DNA from: Phoronis australis
Taxonomy: Eukaryota > Animalia > Phoronida
DNA: 64,000 nt
NCBI GenBank assembly: GCA_002633005.1
Contig: NMRA01000500.1
Coordinates: forward strand, 98,220 to 162,219
Reading direction: 5' to 3'
Shown here piece by piece: positions 39,778-50,500 of this stretch. A program made the translations under genes and the position numbers. The notes below the pieces were generated by a model. The model was given only the letters and a program-made list of their open reading frames with translations, ran no database searches and was not told the DNA's origin. Every line of letters begins with the position of its first letter. Within the stretch, counting starts at the first letter, position 1.

Positions 39778-42700
39778 TTAATTCCGAAGACAACGAAGAA
39801 AATGAGGTAACCCGATCCGTCTTAAGTCATCTCACCTGTCGTCATTAGAAATACACCCGTAACAAAGACCCTGCAAGCGGTTAATCAGATATGACCGCGG
39901 AGAAAAAATGCAGCTAGGGGTTGACACAGCTAGTAGTCGGAGTCGACCAGAAATTTTCGTCAGTTGTGCCCTTCCTAGCTGTAAAACGCAAGCCAGTTTT
40001 AATGATGACTCTTAAGAGTAGTTGGACGGACGCCAAAACCCAGACTTGAAATTTCTAAAAATGACAACTAGGTGGCGTACAAAACTTCAGATTTACCCGC
40101 AAATGAGCACAAAGTTCCCGTCGCCTCTTTTAAGAGTGAACAATTTGTTAAATTTCATGAAAATTCAAGAAAGCACTACAAAGATAAACAGGAAAATGTA
40201 AGTAAATATAAATGCCCATAGGGGCATAATTATAGCCGGATCCGTCCGCAAGTAGTCGCCATAACCACGTGCATAAGAATTTAACTAAGTTCCCGCGAAT
40301 GTTCATGGGATACAGCCGCGAACACAACAACTGTCATTAGCAGGTGCCACAGTACTCGGAGCCGTCCGAAAACAATCTTCAAGCGTCGTATTCGTAACGG
40401 ATTATTCCAATGTTTAAAACCTTACTTAGAGTTTGTGGGCCGATAGAGTTGCGAAAGCCAAAATCAGACGTGAAAATAGAAAAAAACGGACACCAGGTTT
40501 CCCAGAATGCGTCAAGTACAGGCAAAAACAATAAAGCAGCCGGCGTAACTAATAGATGCTTTTAGCCAGCTTCATGAGAATCAGACAAAAAACTCCCACA
40601 GTGTTGTCATAATGCATTCCGTGGCTACTAAGGGGTAAGCACGTGACCCGAAGCTTTTGCGGTACACCATGAGGTGTGCTAAGCCTACGCGGATGGGCTC
40701 AGCATCTCTGTCATTTGCCCTGCATAGTGTCCTCCTCTACTTCACTACTGGTAGGTCGTTGTTATGATAATCTTTTTGGTGCCCTTTTATTAGTGAGTGA
40801 ATCAGCGCCATTTTCGGGTTGTCTAACGTATCAGCTCTGCAATACTGGATACAGTGGTAGCAAAATGTATGAAGAAATTGGTTACGTCCTAAATGTATTT
40901 ATTTGTAGTGTATATGTTTTTGGAAATTCAGATTGGTCGACTGACGTTACTTGCATGGGCGTACATGTATGAACAGGGGAAAGGAGGGACGAGGACCTCC
41001 CTCCACGTATCAAGTTTTTCGGTGGTTTTATAGTGACTCGAATATTGATACTTTTGTTCTAGAATTCCAAGCGGAGAATTCCCTTTTTTAGATCGCCATT
41101 AGGAAAACGTTATTTATAAAAACGGAATGTTCGTACACTCCGTGTGGATTAGACTCCTAGGAGTAATTTTAATGAGGGTTCACGTTGTACATGTCCGAGG
41201 GCTGCAGCCCACTCAAAGTTTCTGTATTAGCAATCATAGTTGTAAACATTTCTGCGATTCTCGGAGTGCAAGTTCTTGCCATGAACTGTATCAGGGTACA
41301 TCTGGGAGGAACGAAAATTCACGTTAACACGAATAATTTCTAAAATTTATTGGGCAATATCTTCTCACAATCCCCGTGGGATGCTCCGTCACCCGTGCTT
41401 TCCTGGCAGACCGCCAAATAAATGTGCATGGTACAGTTTATCTTTGAAAATTGCCGTGAAATTCTATACATCCGGTAATCTGAAAAGGTTAGGATTTATA
41501 TCCGTACGAACTTACAAAACTCGACCGACCCATAGACGATTATTTGACTCATGAGAGCTGTGATGCACATTACAATTCTGGAAAGTTGTCTTCATCCCTT
41601 TCCAAATGGCATTCCATGACATTCGCCAATCGATTTTTAGTGAATTTTGACGTGAAGCAATGAAATTCAGACAGTTCAGTCAATATCATTTTCCCGCTTC
41701 CGTGCGCAGCCATTAGAAACTGAGTATCCATTGTCAAAAAGTGACTTTGAAACAACGCTTAAGACAATATATCAAGGGTACCCAAGTTTCCGGTGACTAC
41801 CGTGTACCTCCGCGGTATTTGAAAACAACAAAAATTGGAGACCAGAAGGCGGTTGCATGAACTGTTGTTGATGTGGAGGAACCTGAATTTGCGCCCAACG
41901 AAGAAGACGTGTGGCAGGCGTGCTAGTGCGACTAAAAACAGGTCAGATGTAAAATTGATGAAAACATCATCATCGTACAAGCTGACAAAGGCAATGCAAC
42001 AGTAGTACTTGATAAGGATGACTACAACAGGAAGATGACTGATCTACTATCTAGCGGGCAGTACAAGGCAGTAAAATCTGACAATACCAAGAGCGTAGAA
42101 AGAAAAATCAAATCCCTCTTGAAAATTTCAGAAGGTTAATTACCACGTGGCACACTCCAAATAATCAACCCAAACAACACAAAAGTCCCGCACATGTATG
42201 GTAAACCTAAGATACACAAACCTGGTATGCCGATGAGACCAATTATAAGCAACATTGGTTCTCCCTGCCACCAACCAACTAGATTCCTCAACAACATCAT
42301 ATCCCCACTAGTTGGAAAAACTGACTCGTACGTAAAGGACTCGAAGCACTTCGTGTCAATGTTGTCATCAGTCAGCATTACACCAATTGACACCACGGTG
42401 AGCTTTGATGTCGAAAGCCTATTCACATATGTACCAACAGCAGAGGTTCTCCCAATCTCTCAGGTCAAAGTTAGAACATGACCACAAGCCATCAGAGGAT
42501 GTAAACCTCCCAATAGGCTCCATTCTGGAATTAGTGACATTCAGTGTCAACACCACCTACTTCCAATACCAAGACAAGTTGGCAATGGGTTTACCACTAT
42601 CACCAGTCTTAGCTAAATTGTACATGGAGTGGTTCGAACAAACAGCTCTCAGCTCAGCTAGCAGACCCCCGAAGATGTGGAAACGATACGTTGACGACAC

Positions 42701-43581
42701 ATTCACAATATTCGGCCAAGACTCAGAAAATCCATCAGAGTTCCTTGACTATCTGAACAACATAGCGTCTACTATTATATTCACAATAGAAGAAGAGACA
42801 AATACATGTAACAGTCTCCTATGCCTAGACGTACAGTTAACAACGTCAGTCTACTATAAGAAGACCCACACAGGCCGATACCTTGACTTCAACTCCAACC
42901 GCATCAACGGAGTCGAGAAGGATATAATCAAATGCCTTGCATCAATATCAAAGGAAATCTGCAGTGATACAACACTCAAAGCAGAAATGACAGAGTCATT
43001 CGAAAGAAATGGCTACCCAAGGCATTTCATCAAGTCGGCTTTAACATCGCAGAGGAAAGACAAAGTGGCAGAAGAACGCCCACTGCAGACTATGTGCTTA
43101 CCGTATGTACCCGGAATAACCGAAAAGCTAGGACGCATATGTAGAGAATTTAAAATAAGAACAGTATACCGCAGCTCAGACACACTGGGTCGGCGACTGA
43201 CAAAAGTCAAACCAAGAACTGACATGGGAAAAAAGAAAAATATCATCTATGAAATCCCATGTGAATGTGGTGAATCGTATATCGGTGAAACATTAAGACC
43301 ACTGGAGACAAGAATTGCTGAGCATAAGAGGTGTTGTAGAGAAGATAATACCTCATCAGGAGTAGCAGAGCACATGTGGTTGAAACAACACAACATCCAG
43401 TGGAATAACATCCGAATACTTGACAGTGAAACAGGTTGAACCAAGAGAAAGATCAAGGAAGTCATGTACATGAAAGTACAAGGCAATGTCTTCAGTCGGC
43501 CAGGCAAACAACCAAGTGACACCTGGCTCAGTCTACTTAGGAAGGTTTAAGCATAATAAAAATCCCTCTAAGTAATTAGAT

Positions 43582-43660
43582 GACTCCGTGGTGTAGTGGT
43601 TAAGGTGTTAGACTCGAATTATCTGCAGTTCCAGAAGTCGAGTATTCAACTCGTGCCTCG
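43582..43660 (+). ncRNA. tRNA-derived (SINE-head-like) sequence with Pol III A/B-box-like motifs; not a functional tRNA
   Basis: GACTCCG-TGGTGTAGTGG-TTAAGGTGTTAGACTCGAATT...GTATTCAACTC; acceptor stem does not pair. Confidence 0.6.
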
Positions 43661-43723
43661 CACAAAAAATCACACCATGAGTGTACCACGTATCCGTGCT
43701 CGGCTCTTCTAAGAACGCGGGAA

Positions 43724-43765
43724 CACCTGACGATGGCCGGAGAAGAGACTGACTGAAACGTCGTG
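43724..43765 (+). ncRNA. Minimal type I hammerhead ribozyme motif in the Penelope 3' region
   Basis: CAC-CTGACGA-T-GGCCGG..CTGACT-GAAA-CG-TC-GTG; predicted cleavage after 43762; stem II has one mismatch. Confidence 0.75.
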
Positions 43766-44110
43766 ACAGTGTATATAGACAAGAGGTCGGTGTAAATAGA
43801 CCAAGAGATTTTAATAAAAGTTGTAATACGCCACCACCTCAGAGCGGTTTTAGGAAGTCATTTTAGGAAGACGAAATTAGTACAATAGATTCACGTAAGC
43901 AGGTAGAGCGTTTGAACTAAAGAACTCAATTTTTTTTCACAATTGATTGTCCTTGACTATTACAGTATTGGTGATTATGAGAACAGGCCGGGCATGTAGC
44001 CGAATCTTCTACGCAGCGCAATGGGTCAAACCCAAATGGCGACCTTTAAACAGGAATAAATCAAATTAACGTCAACATTACGTCATCAGCTAAGACCACA
44101 ATGACAAGTG

Positions 44111-44116
44111 TTTATT
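44111..44116 (-). terminator. Candidate polyadenylation signal (AATAAA) of SLC28 copy B
   Basis: tttatt on + strand about 370 nt past the stop; motif only. Confidence 0.35.
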
Positions 44117-44487
44117 ACAGTTGTAAGAATAAAATGACAGGCAATCAAACAAAATGTTCCAACATAATTTTAAAAATCTATTGGTCGAATTGAACCAGCA
44201 TCTATCATATTTAATTCAATAGAACGTTAGGTTTTAGACATGGCGATACTTCTCACGTCATCACCGGCAAGTGGTTTCAGCAAAGATACTATATAGCTAA
44301 GATCTCCGACTTATGACCTAAATAGTCACAGCGTTACAAGTAGCGCCACCTTCTGGAAGGCGCTCAAATACAGCATAATAACACGGTTGACTGTAATGCC
44401 ACTGTGTCATCTGGTGCTTACAAAATACTTTGTTTCGCTTGCCTAAAGATAAGGAGAGGTAAGTGTATGTTCATTATGTATTCCATA

Positions 44488-44543
44488 CTACCATTGGCAA
44501 GTACTGATCGGAGAATAGGAGTCAGTACTGCAGTAGAGCAGGC
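44488..44543 (-). CDS. SLC28A3: SLC28 copy B terminal coding exon ([18 protein letters not shown])
   Basis: tgtag acceptor, phase 1 completes ACIAG-LLY, TAG at 44488-44490; separated from the previous exon by an N gap. Confidence 0.75.
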
Positions 44544-47500
44544 CTACATATTAGGGATAGTTACCAGTAGTTGACAACACTGAGGACCACAGCATGGTGG
44601 TATGAAACTCATTCGGTAGTGGCTGCACATCTTCTGCCAGGAATGTAATAAAATTGAAGTGGAGTTGTATCAGCTGTGTTTGGNNNNNNNNNNNNNNNNN
44701 NNNNNNNNNNNNNNNNNNNNNNNNNNNNNNNNNNNNNNNNNNNNNNNNNNNNNNNNNNNNNNNNNNNNNNNNNNNNNNNNNNNNNNNNNNNNNNNNNNNN
44801 NNNNNNNNNNNNNNNNNNNNNNNNNNNNNNNNNNNNNNNNNNNNNNNNNNNNNNNNNNNNNNNNNNNNNNNNNNNNNNNNNNNNNNNNNNNNNNNNNNNN
44901 NNNNNNNNNNNNNNNNNNNNNNNNNNNNNNNNNNNNNNNNNNNNNNNNNNNNNNNNNNNNNNNNNNNNNNNNNNNNNNNNNNNNNNNNNNNNNNNNNNNN
45001 NNNNNNNNNNNNNNNNNNNNNNNNNNNNNNNNNNNNNNNNNNNNNNNNNNNNNNNNNNNNNNNNNNNNNNNNNNNNNNNNNNNNNNNNNNNNNNNNNNNN
45101 NNNNNNNNNNNNNNNNNNNNNNNNNNNNNNNNNNNNNNNNNNNNNNNNNNNNNNNNNNNNNNNNNNNNNNNNNNNNNNNNNNNNNNNNNNNNNNNNNNNN
45201 NNNNNNNNNNNNNNNNNNNNNNNNNNNNNNNNNNNNNNNNNNNNNNNNNNNNNNNNNNNNNNNNNNNNNNNNNNNNNNNNNNNNNNNNNNNNNNNNNNNN
45301 NNNNNNNNNNNNNNNNNNNNNNNNNNNNNNNNNNNNNNNNNNNNNNNNNNNNNNNNNNNNNNNNNNNNNNNNNNNNNNNNNNNNNNNNNNNNNNNNNNNN
45401 NNNNNNNNNNNNNNNNNNNNNNNNNNNNNNNNNNNNNNNNNNNNNNNNNNNNNNNNNNNNNNNNNNNNNNNNNNNNNNNNNNNNNNNNNNNNNNNNNNNN
45501 NNNNNNNNNNNNNNNNNNNNNNNNNNNNNNNNNNNNNNNNNNNNNNNNNNNNNNNGTTAAATATCAAAATAATTAAATATTATCTTAATTGCATAAACTT
45601 CCACGTAAATACAAATGATGTTTCCTCAAAATTGATATTGTATTGTATTACTATGCTTACAAAGGGATCTGAAAAATATTGTTATTCATTTGAATGGCAT
45701 TTGCTTTCATTCTAGTATTATTGCATCACAATAATTATCGTATTGGCCATAACATCATCAAAAATTATGTTTTCCTCAAGTAAATTATAAATATAATTCA
45801 CCAAAATTGGTTTTATGTCTAAAAACGTATTTTTATTCAAGTTAGTTACAATCTTCACCACAGTCTCAGACCTGGTTTTGAGGGTCTCCGAATATAACTT
45901 GGTCTCCACCTAATAGGTGGCGCTGTTCCAAATGTGTGACTAGGCAAATTACACTAGGACGGCCATCTTGGGATATAGTATCTTTGGTTTCAGGGAGTTA
46001 TGGAATATCACGGAATTCTACGATGTCATCGTCGAACAATACTTATTATTGGAAGGAATATCCTCACACCAGACATGCACTCCATTGTTCAAAATCAATC
46101 AAATGTATCTTAATAATGTCACTAATATAATTTTATTAAATGCAACGTTTAGTATTAAAATTTAAAATTGAGTTATTAAAATATGACACATATATATGAT
46201 AAAAATACACGTGGGAGGTAAAAACTAGGAGACATATTTTGACCGGTGTGTAAATCTGAACAGTGTAAACATATTTGATGTTAAAATCAATGGCACACCA
46301 AACAATTTTTAAACTAAAAACCGTATCACTACGGCACGTGCTGTACTTTTAAACAATGCAATCGAATGATAATACTCAGGGTGTTGCATCGAAACTGGTA
46401 CCCGGTGTAAAACAGATATTCTGGAGTCGAAAACAGTCTCCCGCACCTTCAAAACAGTTAAACAGCCCGAAAAAACACGAACCTCCATCATTATAACAGG
46501 AACCCCAGGGATCGGACAATTTTTCAAATTTTCTGAGACTGAAGTCAGTAGTCTAAAACTTTGACTTAAAGCATCTTCAAGTACTTTCCAGTTATTTCTG
46601 CGTTTGTTTATTAAAAATTGTCAATGTTAAAACGTAAATTATGATATATTGACTTTGTTAATTGATTTTTATCGGTAAAACTCGTGCAACTTGTCTGTGG
46701 GTGAATTTCAACATAACACTCTCGACACGTTGCTATCTCGATGAATATTTGGTTAACTTCGGATTGTTCAATAGTTTCCCCAAAAATGTTTTCAAAAATG
46801 AGAAACAAAAACATTATATAGACTTTCCAGTGCCATCGTTGTTTAATTTGTTGTGACATGTGCACAACCTCGTGGAAGAACAGCTCGCTGCTTCCCTGCG
46901 TGTCCGCTAATGGGTAGAGGACACGCAGGTATCATTTAATTTCCTTCGGGAATTTTTTTACACTGGCGTTTCTGATTAGCAGGTCGAATTCGCAAAAGGT
47001 AGCACTTCACGTAAACAAACTGGCATGACTGAAGAAGGAAGGATAAACCTGGAGGTAGTTTGTGGTCTGTTGTACAGACCAATCAGTGCTTAATTGGTAT
47101 ATGTTCAAGAAATATGAATGGGAAAGTTGTGGTAGTGCTGTCCTGTATTCACACAGTATCAATAACTCACCGGTTAAATCGGCCAGATGTGTGTGCATTG
47201 TATTTGCTTCAAGCACGCAGCTATCAAGCATTACTACACAAACGACATCATTTGCCGTCACGCCACTTGCATGACAAGGCTAAAAATTGTTAACAGTCCG
47301 ACATTTTCTTTCTTTGCTGTAAAGCTAACCAATGACCGCCGAGGTTACATCAACCTGTGACAAAACGCGTGCTACCCACAACCGGACACGCAGGGAACCA
47401 GCGAGGAAGAACAATTGATTGAAGAATTGGGAAAAAAGAACCTGGTCAATAGGTGACGCAATATATCATGGCCACTGAAGCCAATGCAAAAGATGGCAGT

Positions 47501-50500
47501 ATAACTTAGAACGCCAATCCGTCATGAGTTGACTAAAATTCTTATACGGTAAAACAACATTTCACAACAACTCTTTAAAGTAGCATTAACTTATTTTTCA
47601 TCAAACAATGGTTGAGTGAAAGTGCAGGAGTGGTGTTTTGGTCCCCTCATGGTGTGCTGTCCGATCCCCGGGTTTCTTTTTTAAAGGTCGTGGTTCGTGT
47701 TTTTCGGGCTCGTTAGCTTTTGTGAAGGTGAGGGAGTCTATTTCGACTTCGGAATATCTGTTTTCACCGGTGTTCCCGTTTTGATGAAGCACCCTGATAC
47801 CAATCCGTAATTTTTTGATCACTTTACCACAATTATGCTACAGCAAGCCGCCTCTGGTAAAAATAATAACTTTTGATTTCGACTCCTTGAGTTGGTATGT
47901 GATGTAATTAGTCTAGGCTTTTTCCTTAATCAGGTTAGAACTGAATTTTGTTTGGACTTGGCGAAAATTGACAACTTTGTTACTTGATGCCACACTCGGC
48001 ACTCATATGACACGGAGACAGACCAACGTATTGCTCATCGTGTCACCCAGGCGACAAATTTAAACTGACTTGTGAGCAGGACGAGACTGATGTTGCAACA
48101 GTTATTTACGAGAGGCATGCTTATCAACAGGTGTAGCATACGGCTAATACTGACTATAACTAAGAACAAACAAACAAATGACTGCATTCCGCGTGCTCGA
48201 GTGGGTATCGCAGCAAACGGTGTCGCATTACCTACGAGAAGGTGGCCCAAACGTTTTCCTAGTATATAAACATACATTTTTTCCAACGATTAAAGCTGCG
48301 TCCTTCAAAACAGTTGTTGTACCGTGGTTAAACATCGTCAGTCAACAAACCTGCAATATCAGGAAATTGTTTCATTTAAATGCAAGCATTTATAAAATGA
48401 TAATATAAGTATACCAATCAAATCTTAAAGTGGTTGACAACACTGCTCTGTTGCCCATTTCCCTGTCTGGAATTCGACAAACACGCGTTGATCCTCATGT
48501 GAGCAATCACATATAAAGCGAGATGATGCACAGAATTCAATTTTTTAATAGTGCCTTGGTTTTGTAGTATTTTGGTGATTTTAATTTTTGGTCTATGAAT
48601 TATGTGTAGGTGACCATGAATATTAAGCTGTTGTGCCAAAATCAAACTGATATTCTTTACATGTATGTGATGACGTTTCTGGTTGTCATTGATCAAAACT
48701 TGATTTTTCACCTAACTTTTGAACGGTTATTGCAATCATCAGAGTAGCGCAGCTAACAAGCTTTAACTCACCAGCGATACAAGCTGTCATGAAGCAAGCG
48801 ACGTTGCCGGCAATCATGGCTCTCAGAACGATCTTTGCAAGGTCCGATTTCCGGTGCGGGGCCATTGCACCAAGGGCGCCCAGCATGATTCCAATAGAGC
48901 CCAGGTTGGCAAACCCGCAAAGGGCGTAAGTGGCTATGACGTCAGAACGTGCCTGGAAATCAAGCAAGACCTCACGATAGTGGACTGATATGCTCCATCG
49001 AACACAATAGAGCTAATTATCAAGTGATAAATACTGTCAAGTTTAGCTGAAATACTGCAATGTTTGGCCCTAGCTAAATGTTTGAAATTATTTGGTGAAT
49101 ATTTACTAAATTCTGTATGGGTGTTGTTATTAGAAAAGCATGGTTGGTTTCTTTTTGTTGATCTGACCACAGTGGGACGCCTAAAGACAACTTTCTGTTG
49201 CGTACGTCTGCCTTAATATCCACCACGATCATCGATGAATCCTCATGACGTCTGTTCTACAGTACTGTATGTGTTCCTTGTGACGACTGTCTGCACAACT
49301 GAGGATGAGTTTGGACGAATCCTATATCTTTAAAGGTAAATAAACTACGCGATGGGCGCACATAGACAGTCTCTGAACTTGTCGTTCGGTGCGACCACCG
49401 AATAAATATTATAAGGGCAAAATCTAAGCGAAATTTTCCGACAGAATAACCATTCTCGCTAGTGATTCCCCAAGGAGTCAAGAACTAACATTCTGGTTCT
49501 ACTCGAGAAACACAACTAGCAAGCGAATCTGGAACCGTACTTACAGACATAAATCCGTTCTCCAGGGTCTTGTTCTCGAAGACGAGATGGATATTATCAA
49601 ATTCTCTCGTTAATCCCGTGACGTTATAGTAATTGTCGTATTGGTTCACGCCAGTGATGTTGTAGAAGGTCGTGTAGTTGAGGAAGGCATTTTTGTTTGC
49701 TATCAGCTTCCCAAGCGCATCGTAAGCCACAAATTCATTGAGGAATGTTTTGATACCTAGAAAATGTATTATTGATGTGTTTTGCTTGAATCTTAGACCC
49801 AAATTAAAATCTAATGGACGTTTCTACAACTTAAAATAAACACAAATATGATAGAAATAAAACATTTCCCTGCAAATACATTCAGCAGCACTGGTGCATG
49901 TGTCTTGAAACTCTCACTTACCGATGAGCTCTGCCATCCGTCTACAGTCGTTGGCGTCTGTGCCCATGACGAAAGCAAAAGGCCAGAAAACATAGGAACA
50001 TATCAACTGAAATAGGAGAGATAACCACATGCATCATAAGCAATTGGTGCTAGCTTGGCTGATCGCTGAACGTTGGTCTTGATAGAGACAAAGCCGAGTC
50101 TTGAAAGGCCCAAACAACTGGAACGCAAGGGATTTGTTTTTAATTTCATAAAATGGCCACTAGATAGCGAAGATGTCGAACACATCTGAACTTGGGAAGC
50201 CGTTGTAGTATCTCTTATATGATTTTTTGACAAATTTCATGAAAATCCTCTAAGAAATGTCAAGATAAATAGCCAGGCGGTAGTCGAATTCGTTCATCTG
50301 TTGTATGACTGTTACGAATAGGCTTTCTACACTGTGAACCAGAAGGGGTTTAGTGGATACAGCCACAGATGCAAAAATAATGTCACGGGGGGACGACGGT
50401 GGTTGGGCCTGTCTCAAAATCTACGTCAGTTGAACTATCTTCAGTAGGAACACATCTGCCAATTTTCATCATGACGAACCTTTTAGAGTTTGGCAGGTTC

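Larger units (their letters stand above)
41950..43825 (+). mobile_element. Penelope-like retroelement (RT + GIY-YIG endonuclease), 5'-truncated and degenerate
   Basis: ADKGNATVVLD, MYGKPKIHKPGMPMRPIIS, SFDVESLFT, AMGLPLSPVLA, RYVDDTF, NIIYEIPCECGESYIGET..RIAEHKR. Stop near 42138, TGA at 43437-43439, frameshift near 42450, AATAAA near 43813. Confidence 0.93.

Noticed and set aside
43582-43660. Functional tRNA-Ser(CGA) gene
   Set aside because: Acceptor and T stems do not pair; kept only as tRNA-derived.
44551-45715. Long ORFs of X residues (also 2948-3320 and 12915-13622)
   Set aside because: Artefacts of N gaps.
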